A stretch of DNA of 56,577 nucleotides, counting the filler, from Dimargaris cristalligena (taxonomy: Eukaryota), in the NCBI GenBank assembly GCA_003614675.1. It is 2 parts of 2 records of this genome, joined end to end, with 100 filler letters (N's around TTAATTAATTAA, not from the genome) between each part and the next. Parts side by side here need not be neighbours in the genome. Positions count along the whole stretch, not along the records: positions 1 to 28,276 come from ML002502.1; 1 more part is not named here. One strand, 5' to 3'. Positions 9,803-19,157 of this stretch are shown here, one piece after another. Under the pieces are notes generated by a model. The model ran no database searches. It saw only the letters and a program-made list of their open reading frames with translations, and had not been told where the DNA came from. The position numbers and the translations under genes were made by a program. The number at the start of each line of letters is the position of its first letter. Positions within the stretch are counted from its first letter, which is position 1.

Positions 9803-12319
9803 ATGCGGTGGTACTTGGATATTATCACCACCCCCGGGCCCGAAACCGCCCAGACAGCGGTGATGGTGCACCTACCCAAAGAACGTTACCTGTTTAACTG
9901 TCCCGAGGGGTTGCAGCGAGTCTGCTACGAAAACCGCCACCGCATGTTCAAGCTTAACCACCTTTTCCTGACCCGCGTCGACTGGGCTTCCATGGGGGGC
10001 CTGCCAGGTATGCTGTTGACTATCGGGGACCAAAGTTCCGCCGTCGTTAATTTGGGTGCGGGTCCCAATTTCTCCCATTTCATGGCTGCCATGCGGTCCT
10101 TTATTAACCGGCCCGGGTTTCCGGTCAAAATCACCGAATTTGACGATGCGGGGCCCCAGCCTGTCGAACCCTACGTAGGGGAACAGCTTACAGTCGTGCC
10201 CGTGCTTAGCTACCCTGCCTCTGCCGATTCTGTTATCCGAGAGGAACCAACCGAGTCCACCACCGAAGATGATTCGACTTCGGACCGTGCTACTAAACGG
10301 TGTCGTCTGGCCGGCTCTAACTCCATTCCCCCTAGTTCCAGCGACCGCTTAGCCCCGATTAACGAAATTGTCCGCATGATGTTTAACCGTGATCCTAATG
10401 CCGCCGGCCGCCGGTACTACCCTTCACTTCTACCCACGTCCCCTCGCCCGGCCGCCCTAACTTACATTTGTACGGGCCCCAGCGTCCCCGGTAAATTCGA
10501 CGTCAAAGCTGCGGAAGCCCTGGGGGTCCCGAAAGGCCGTCTCCGGGGCCAGCTGGTACGCGGGGAAACCATTGTCTTACCCGACGGTACCGTTATTTCC
10601 CCCGATCAGTGCGTGCACCCCGGTCGACCGGGTGCGGTGTTCATCGTTTGCGATTGTCCGAGTGTAGCCTATATCGACTCCCTCATCAAACAACCGGGCT
10701 TCAAGCCGTACTACCGCGATGACTCGACGCACGTGACTTCCGATCGGTCGGTTGACTGCCTGATTCACAATACCGGTCCGGGGGTATTACAGGATCCCCG
10801 CTATCAGGCTTGGATGCACCGGTTTGGAGCCGAAACCCACCACCTAGTCTCGGGGGCCGACGTTAACGACGATGCCATTGTGTTCACCGGCAGCGCCGAG
10901 GAGCAGCTGGTGCTGAGCAACCTAAGCTCCAATGTATTCCATGGTCCGTTCCAGGCCGTGAAGCCCGGCTCCAGTTCGACAACCTGGGCCGCCCTCCAAC
11001 CCCAATTACCGGCCAAGAGTTGCTTACTACGTCCCGAGACGCGGTTCGAATTCGAACCCACCCCGGTTTGCCATACCGAAAACCAGATCCAACCCTATAA
11101 TTATCAGATGCAGGATCGGGTGTCGTCGATTAGCGAACTGATCCAGCCCTTCCAATCTAAAGTGGCTGAACTCCGGGAGGCCCAGCTCATCCAGTCTCCG
11201 AAACGGGACGCGAAGGCCGCTGACATCGCCCCCGATGCCTTCGAAAACCTAGTGATCTCGCCCTTGGGCACCGGTTCCTCACACCCATCCAAATACCGTA
11301 ACGTTAGCGCCAACTTAGTCAAAGTACCCACCCGGGGTAATATGCTGCTGGACGTGGGCGAAAACACCATCGGCCAACTCTATCGCCTATTGGGGGACTC
11401 CGCTCGATTCAACCCCATTTTCCAAATGGGGTTCGATGACTTGTTCGCCGACCTACACCTGATTTATATCTCCCATATGCACGCCGATCATCATCTGGGG
11501 CTCCCCAGCATTCTGAACCACTGGTTCCAACGGTCCCAAACCCAGCAGGGCCAGGCCCGCAACTTGACGGTGATTGGACCCCAGGCCCTGCTGACTTGGC
11601 TAACGGAATACAACATGGTTCAGCCCCTGGGCCTGAGTGACCCCAACCTCCACCTCGTTTGTACCGAAGCCCTGTTCCCCAGTGGGTTAAATGCCAATGC
11701 CGAAACGCGGGCTACTTTGCTCGCCCCACTCCGGACCAGTTTGGGCATTACGGATGTCACCGTGTGCCGGGCCATCCACTGTGCCAGTTCCTACTGCGTG
11801 GCCCTGGAGCATGAGCAAGGCTGGAAACTGTCCTATTCCGGTGACACACGACCTAACCCGGCCTTTGTCAGCCTCGGCCGGGACTCTGATCTACTGATCC
11901 ACGAATCCACCCTAGAGGACGCCATGCAAGCCGAGGCTATCGCTAAACGGCACTGCACCACCTCGGAAACCCTCCAAGTGGCCGCGGACATGAACGCCCG
12001 CTATACTTTGCTGACCCACTTTTCCCAGCGCTACCCGCGGGCACCCGTGTTCCTAAACGGCGGGCCCAGTCCGGCCTATTCCGCTTGTGATCCGGAGGGC
12101 TTTGTAGGGATACCATCAGTGGGCCCGAGTGCCGCTATTGCGGCGGCCAACCTTAAATTGGCAATCGACTCCCCCCGCGTGGGAGTGGCCTTTGATTTGA
12201 TGAGTGTTCGCATGGGTGATTTTCCGCAACTCGCCACTTTTATTCCCGCCCTCAAAATGCTTCACCCGAATATCGAGGGTGAGGCGGTGGAAGATGTCCA
12301 TATTGACCTTGGTATTTAA
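9803..12319 (+). CDS. TRZ1: tRNase Z long form (ELAC2/Trz1); first ATG at 9803, possible GTG-initiated extension from 9659
   Basis: Motifs RYLFNCPEGLQR, GKFD...LGVPKG (flexible arm), LGTGSSHPSKYRNVS, ISHMHADHHLG, SYSGDTRP, HEST and LTHFSQRYP. Intronless. Confidence 0.95.
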   Translation: MRWYLDIITTPGPETAQTAVMVHLPKERYLFNCPEGLQRVCYENRHRMFKLNHLFLTRVDWASMGGLPGMLLTIGDQSSAVVNLGAGPNFSHFMAAMRSFINRPGFPVKITEFDDAGPQPVEPYVGEQLTVVPVLSYPASADSVIREEPTESTTEDDSTSDRATKRCRLAGSNSIPPSSSDRLAPINEIVRMMFNRDPNAAGRRYYPSLLPTSPRPAALTYICTGPSVPGKFDVKAAEALGVPKGRLRGQLVRGETIVLPDGTVISPDQCVHPGRPGAVFIVCDCPSVAYIDSLIKQPGFKPYYRDDSTHVTSDRSVDCLIHNTGPGVLQDPRYQAWMHRFGAETHHLVSGADVNDDAIVFTGSAEEQLVLSNLSSNVFHGPFQAVKPGSSSTTWAALQPQLPAKSCLLRPETRFEFEPTPVCHTENQIQPYNYQMQDRVSSISELIQPFQSKVAELREAQLIQSPKRDAKAADIAPDAFENLVISPLGTGSSHPSKYRNVSANLVKVPTRGNMLLDVGENTIGQLYRLLGDSARFNPIFQMGFDDLFADLHLIYISHMHADHHLGLPSILNHWFQRSQTQQGQARNLTVIGPQALLTWLTEYNMVQPLGLSDPNLHLVCTEALFPSGLNANAETRATLLAPLRTSLGITDVTVCRAIHCASSYCVALEHEQGWKLSYSGDTRPNPAFVSLGRDSDLLIHESTLEDAMQAEAIAKRHCTTSETLQVAADMNARYTLLTHFSQRYPRAPVFLNGGPSPAYSACDPEGFVGIPSVGPSAAIAAANLKLAIDSPRVGVAFDLMSVRMGDFPQLATFIPALKMLHPNIEGEAVEDVHIDLGI

Positions 12320-13169
12320 TTTACATTGTACCCCTATATTGTGGGTAGGTGTAGTATCCGGAATTCAGCTCATTCTGAGTTAATGTAAGCCATTTGTTTA
12401 TGCAATCAGCTGGCGTTAAACAAATTATAGTGCGATGACAACTGGCTGATTTGGCGGGTGTTTTTTTTATAAAAAAATTGATATGGGTATATCCATTCTA
12501 CCCGCTTAGTATAATTTAACTTGTCAACCATATCAGTCGACGCGCAGCTGCTATCAGCCCATAACTATTCCTTGAGAAGATACTATTAGATAATAAAACT
12601 TCTATACAGGGCTAGAAAACAACCTCCAAGATAATTCCGCTAATGTTATATCCCGCTGAGTTATTCGAATTTTGGTGTGTGCACTCGTCCATAATCTCCC
12701 CATTACTAGGAACGTCGAATAAAACCACCGCCATCCATTTGTGGTTAAATGGGGCGCTCCCTTCAGATGAATATAGCTCAATAGGTACCCGGCGCACTCC
12801 AGTAGAATTATCCAACTATGGATTTTTAGGGAAAATATGGGTAGATAAATCCATGGGCTGTCATATTCACCGCTTACAACTGTGGAGAACATCTAGTTAT
12901 ATTTTGCATATTACATCCCAATCGCGCGTTCCACCCTTCTTGCATTTTGTGGGCCAAGACCAGTGTATATTAGCGCAATGTGGTCGTTGGATATTGCACG
13001 GGGATATTTTTGTTATAATTGATGTATATACCGGCCAAAGCACTCGGGAATGGGATACTACTTACTCTGGCCTACCAACTCGTCGCCTATGGCTAAAGCA
13101 CTTTGAGTATAAAAACTAGCAGTCAACATTAAGGATTTTAGTAGCGACCCCTAAATTGAGCCCTCTAGG

Positions 13170-13203
13170 TTCGATAGGGGTGGGCACTCTCACCCCTATC
13201 GAA
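13170..13203. other. Perfect 13-bp inverted repeat (hairpin) with an 8-nt loop
   Basis: TTCGATAGGGGTG-GGCACTCT-CACCCCTATCGAA. Confidence 0.8.
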
Positions 13204-13381
13204 GTCGTTGGTTTGTATTTGATGCGCCGCGGTATAGAATAGTTTAGTAACGGATGTCTTCATTTGGTACACGCTCTGCCCAATTTCACAATGAGAGGTC
13301 TTTTGGTGGAGGTGGGTTTTGCGAGTAGAAAATGGATATCTTGATCACTCTCACACTGGCCTGTTATTAAAATCTTAATAT

Positions 13382-13529
13382 GGGTGAACGGTGACCAAGT
13401 TCTGTATAAGGTTTTACACAAATTATGTGTTTGGGTAAATATGCGGGGGATTCTTTTTTAGTTAGTAGCATCACTTTTGCCTTATCCAACGGATTTTTCG
13501 TTATGCCGTCTGGTCGGACAACTACTCCT
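13382..13529. mobile_element. MITE-like element, copy D, at the inner boundary of the right duplication arm
   Basis: ATAT|GGGTGAACGGTGACCAAGTTCTGTATAA ... TTATGCCGTCTGGTCGGACAACTACTCCT|ATAT, with ATAT on both sides. Confidence 0.7.
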
Positions 13530-14824
13530 ATATTCGACAAGAGTCCCTAATGGTATGTTTGGTGCATGGGGGGTCTCCTTGTTTTTCCGAACTATCGGAA
13601 TGGGTGGAATAGGAATATCATTCGATGTTTAATTTCTATACTTTGCTACTTCTGGTGGTGCCTTGCGGCTATGGGCAGTACTTGTTGGCAAGTATATAGA
13701 GGTCGAAAAGGCATGTGGTAACGAGAACGAGAAGCTCAGAATAACTGTACACTTGAATACTCGATGGCAAGGGCCACTCGCCCACCCTGCAAAATGGGTT
13801 GCGGGATCGACTGCCTTGCTAAACGACAAAGGCCGGAAATACATAAGACACCGGATATCCATTGGAGCGGGGGCCGTGGGTAGGTAGGTGGATGGAGACT
13901 CTCTCTCTCTATGCTCCCCCTCCTTCGAACAGTCACTCCAACAAACTGGTCATGAAGTCATGGCCTGAAATTCGTGTCAACCTATAATAGCCACAAATAA
14001 AAATAACCAAGCGCTGTGCCCAGCTATCGCATTGGCTGGCCAGAATCTTTTGGTATTTTGGATCCTCTTCCCTCCATCTTGGGGTGGTTTAAGTTCAACG
14101 AGGCCGATGATCGGCGCCCCATGAGCAGCGGATATCTCCTCCATTTTGAGGTGGTTTGGGTTGAATAGCGAGGCGAAGGATCGGGCTCCTACGTACAGCG
14201 GATATTCTCCGAATGCTGGCTTCCCAGCCAATCGGAATACCAAGTTGAAAAGGCAACGAGGGGAGTTGCTGCTGCTTACTGCACAGAGCTACGCCTAATA
14301 GAATCGCTGGGTTTATAGGCCGCAGCTTGTGGCCATCGCGGTAGGAATAGCCCTATATTAAAGGATCCCTGTTAACAGAGTGATAGATGACTCGACCCAA
14401 TGGCATAGATCGGGAACACCTCCCCGATTCTTTTGGTGGAACGGTCCCCAATTCTCGTTTGCAAGGCACCTGTAAATATTGTATACCCGTAGTCCATAAT
14501 TTCCTTGGAATGGCGAGGGCCAAGGCTGCTTACGGCCTTTACTTTTCCCGGCAGGCGCAGGTGCTATTCTTCCTGCCCGTATCTCTCTCTCTCCTTGCTC
14601 GCCTGCACTCTCCCCTCTGGCGCCCGTCCCCAATATATAAACCGGCCATTTCCCCCCCATATTAATTACATACACCACCTACCCCCAACCCACCATATTC
14701 CAGCCGACATTCGACTTCCCTTTTGTTACTTTGCGCCTCACAGCTGTCTTCGACCGCCAAGTTTTGCTCGCCGTTATCCGCCCTTTTCATTCCAACCCTC
14801 CTCCTGGATTGTCGCCTATCGACG

Positions 14825-16402
14825 ATGAAGCCGTACTTTGTTCCTGTCACTCTGTTAAGCCTGGCCCTGGCCCACAGTGCTGTCGGCCGCCCCCAGCCCA
14901 CTGGCGTAGACCCTTCGGAAAATGAAGTCAATACTGCCGCAGATCAATATCAATCGGGCGATATTTCCAAGGCAATTCCTCTTAGCAGTGGCACGCAGGC
15001 CGAAGCTTCCTTCGAAAATGGGGGTACTCATGGTAACCCCCGTTATAAGTTTGCAACTCTTCCCCAAGAAATTCGCGAAGGCATCTATAGAAACATGGAT
15101 GTAAATAGCCTTTTGCACTTATCAGAAACCAATCGGTAATTTAACAAAAACGTCAAAACCGATCCAAACAAGCGGGAATCTATAGAAGTAAGTCTACCGG
15201 GTTTATCCGATACGCTCCGCCGGTCACTCTACCTTTCAGCACACTATCATCCGTGCCGGAATCTCTAATTTGATTATGCGCTTTTGAATTCCAAGCATGT
15301 GTTCCAGATATTTGTATATCAAATCCATTTCTACCCCCATCGACTAATCCCCGTTTTTAATCACTACATGTTGCTGACCTGCACCAATTCCCGGATTGTC
15401 TACTGCTGAAAAGATGGCTAAAACCATGGTTAAAAGCGTCGACAATGTGATATCGAATCCCGGCCCCTTGAATATGAAGGGAATGAACACCCTTCTTCCG
15501 ATGCAGTCGACGGATGCATTCAGGGTCAAAAACTGGCTTGGAGAAATGCGCGTTTTTTAGAATGGGATAAGGCTCGAGGAATTTTCGGAGGAATCTAAGG
15601 TAGCTATGGCGAAAATCGAAGCGGAATGGGAGTATTTGGACTACACTGGATTAAACAGCGACCAGAAGCGTGTACCATTTCCTGCATTATATTTCTTGGA
15701 AGTGCAGCCTGAGAAGTCTATTATCAAGTTATTCGATAAGATAATATCTTTTTTATCTCTTGACAGCCCGCCGGCCTATGGCCCTGAGAACGATGTTCTT
15801 AATGAAGAGCAGCCCGAACTTATATCGGAATCTGACCTCAAACTCATTCTCAAATGACAAATGATAGTTAGCATATTTGCGGTCCTTGCCACGATCGGCA
15901 AATTTACCATTTTGATCGAATTGCTGGAGTTGGTTGAGCAGCATTCTCCAGATTTGTCCGAAGTGTTACAAGCGTACGCGACGTTATTGCATTGGCAATA
16001 TTACAATCCCATCGATTATCCAGAGATTCAAAAAGACCACGCATTCACGTATGACTGCCGGTATGCTGAGTCATTGGGACTCCCAAAGGCCATGACTATG
16101 TGCCAATTGAAAGGTACGGGGAAAAACGGGTCCCCAATATTCTAAATGATTGGACTGCTTGTGGGTATGTATACTTCTCTCTCGGCACCAGTCGCAGCTA
16201 CGATGCCACACCCAAGTTGGCCTTCCGAGTCCATCGCCCGACTGCCAATCCACTAATCGAGGACAACAAACTCGGGGAACTCAATGAGAGTTGGCTACTT
16301 CATAACCATCTTAAAGAACAAGCAGAGTTGGTGAAAAATCAGCCAAGTAACGAAAGTCCAGAGCCTGACCCATACGGTAGTCCATATGGCGGCCCACTTT
16401 GA
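14825..16402 (+). pseudogene. Secreted F-box protein gene, copy 2 (exon 1 14825-15187, intron 15188-15413, exon 2 15414-16402); three nonsense codons and one frameshift
   Basis: Signal peptide MKPYFVPVTLLSLALAHSAVG. F-box motif FATLPQEIREGIYRNMDVNSLLHLSETNR*. In-frame stops TAA at 15137, TAG at 15558 and TGA at 15855 (W in copy 1). Frameshift near 16120. Motifs shared with copy 1: AEW.YLDY, FPALYFLEV, YDCRYA..LG, DWTA.G.V.F, PKLA.RVHR, NKL..LNE.WL.H. Confidence 0.85.
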
Positions 16403-17005
16403 TGACGACTTCGACTGATTGCAGCCTGATGGAACTTACAAATTTTCTACTGAATAAAACCAAACCCTACCCATGACCCGGCTCTATCCAAAGATATTTC
16501 CACTATGTTTATTTTCCCGCTCCCTTCGCACATTAATAAACGTTTAAGGTTATGTTTATCCGACACTAAGTCACTGCTACTTATGGTATATGTTAAATAT
16601 TTAAGATTTATAAATTTGGAGGTCTTAGAGGGTGAAATGCAAGACTGCTGCATTGATCGCCAATTCCTCATACCCTTCAGACAAAGAAGTGGGTGAAGTT
16701 CAACGCACCTGCGTAGATATCGGCCCCGATCGGTCCGGCGGGAAAGATGGTCAGGGTTTGCTCCGAGTCTATCTGGCCCAGCGAAGTTGTTTTCCGATTT
16801 TTTATGTGGAATGAATACATTCGCTTCATATGCAAAAGCATTCATAAGTGAATTATAACTTAAGGTTAAAAAATATCGGAAGATCATAAGTGGGATCTTT
16901 ATTATAATGTTAAAGGGGTATGTGAAACTCCATGAATAACGCTAGACCGAATCGTACAATGCATACAGAGAGGACTCAGGAAGACACGTAAAAAAGGGGT
17001 TATAT

Positions 17006-18406
17006 CTACATCACCAGAATGAATAGTGTGACAAAAATGATAATAACGGCGAATATTTTTAGCATGAGCCACCGATTGGACGACACATAGGAGTAATATT
17101 TAAGGAGCTCTTGTTGGGCGCCCACCACATTCATCTCGATATCTTCCACATTGGCATCAATCCTATTACAAAATTGAATTCCGTCGGGGAGGTGAGTATA
17201 GCAAAAGTAGGGCTCAATTATATACAGTTCAGGTTAATATGCCGATATTTAGTGCCAGTTCCCTGGGTTTAGTCCAACCGAACCTCGGACGGCTATGGTT
17301 GGGTTAATTAAGAGTATGCAGCCATGGGAAAGGAGCGCGTGTTATGATAGAACTAAGGGTCTTACCGTTGGACAACGTCGCGCTGTTCGGCCACCATATG
17401 GGCCAGCTGTTGGAAAATACCGCCGAGCTCAGCAATGGTAGACTCGATGGACTGGATTGCGGTTGACCGGGAATCTACGTACTGGTCATTTTGTTCCATG
17501 AGAAGCAGCTCTTGCGACCCGTGGTGGGGATCGGAGCTGTCGGGGACGGACAGGGAAACAAAATCTTCCGAGTCGTCCACGGCTTGGTAGGGCTGGCGAC
17601 GTTGGGTAAGGTAAAGTGGGGAGTTGTCAGTAGGGGAAGCAGCGGCACCTGATTTGCTGGCTGGGTCCATAAACTGTTCGCGCCGGCTATTGGACGCTTT
17701 GATATTCTATGGACAATAGAGTGATGTGAATGGTTTTGCATATAAATAAACGGTAAGTGTATTCGTAAGTAGTCCGATTAAAGTGCCAGGCGTGCAATAT
17801 GTAGCGGCAAATGTATATCTGCCAAAAACTATCCGATTCATGGATCTATGCGAAGACCAATACCGGCGGTTGACGTGGACATACCTCGCTGCGCACTTCC
17901 AGAATATTTTTGAAGCTCATGGAAGTGTTGGCCAACTTGGACTGTAGGAAAACCACCACATTGGTATTGTGTTCTTTCGCCTGAGTCGAGGCGGGTTGCC
18001 GATTGCGTTGGTCGTTGGAGAACCGCTGGAGGGCGGCAATCTTCTGGTTGATGAGGGCAATGTCCTGTTTCACCGCCTGGGTCAATGTGGCAATCTCCTC
18101 GGGTTTGTCGTCAAACAGGGTACGCCGCTTAGCCAAAACGCCCAGGCGTTCTAATCGGCGGGTGGTGGCCTGGATGTCACGACCGATGTTCGAGGCAAGC
18201 CGAGTGAACTCGGAGCGGGGCTGGTAGGGGGCAGGTGCCGGGGTGCTGCTACTCACCGTTGGGTCGGAGGTGGAGATGGAGGGTGTGGGGCTGACCGCTC
18301 GGGAACGCCGACGAACCAGGTCGATGGCCGCCCGAAATTCCTTAGTGCGGTCTTTGATGGAGGTAGGGACGGGGGCGGCCGTGGAACCCCGGTAATATGT
18401 ACTCAT
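17006..18406 (-). CDS. SED5: cis-Golgi Qa-SNARE syntaxin-5; exons 18406-17885, 17706-17366, 17162-17006
   Basis: KDRTKEF (Sly1-binding N-peptide), LAKRRTLFDDKPEEI, SNARE motif AIQSIESTIAELGGIFQQLAHMVAEQ...RIDANVEDIEMNV, and C-terminal SNRWLMLKIF followed by a transmembrane anchor. Confidence 0.95.
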
Positions 18407-19157
18407 GGCGTGGGTGACTATAGAGAGGACAGAAAATAAAGAGTTCAAGGAGGGTAAAGATATACAATGGAATAGATTGTAGGCAGCTGCGAATGGGGGG
18501 AGTGAAAAGAGGAATGAAAGAGAGAAGGAGCCTTGGCTAGGTCGAATGAAATGTGACGAATGTCTCTATAGGGTTTCCCCATGCACCCAAAGAATCCAGG
18601 CAGATGAGCCGTTGAAAAGTGGCGGAAACCAGGGGCACGGGCAAGAGGGACAGCAGCTTGGCGCAGGCCAATCACAGCCAGCGAGGTGGCTCCAACAGTA
18701 AGGGTGGGCACGCGGGCGGCTTAAGAGACCAACATTACTCAAAGCTGGCCAGTGTGAAAAACATGCCAGTCTGAGAAGGCCCAGAGAGCTCGTCAACTGA
18801 ACAAAGGGCGGAAAATATGGGTCACCCCCACAGGCCATTATTGCTCATACCCAAAGGGCCGACTCTGCTGACCAATGTGACACTATACACCCCGTGTACA
18901 CTGGTAAAACAATAACATGGCTCTACAGGGGTATTATATAGTTAGTTGGGTGGATGCCCACGAGCCTTACTCTCGTTCAGAATATTTCCATAACCATGGT
19001 CGATTGACCCGCCAAACCTCGGGTATAATTCCCCGTATCAAGATTGAGTAGGCGTTGCTTTCGTATAGAAATCCCGAACTTTAATTTACATCACAACCAT
19101 ACGACGTGTAATATTAGACCTTATTGCCGGATCTTAAACAAACACCGAGGCAGCGGC

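Larger units (their letters stand above)
13382..16700 (+). repeat. Right arm of the inverted segmental duplication (partner about 4140-7664)
   Basis: For example ATGAAGCCGTACTTTGTTCCTGTCACTCTGTTAA is identical in both arms, and 13474-13711 is nearly identical to the reverse complement of 7333-7572. Confidence 0.85.

Noticed and set aside
12481..12565. Possible additional MITE fragments (ATATGGGTAT...AGTATAA here; ATGGGTGAAATT...AACCCATAT at about 26446-26487)
   Set aside because: Only terminal words match and the internal sequence does not align convincingly.
12643..13119. 158-aa ORF downstream of TRZ1
   Set aside because: AT-rich, no recognisable motif, and composition unlike the real genes in this window.
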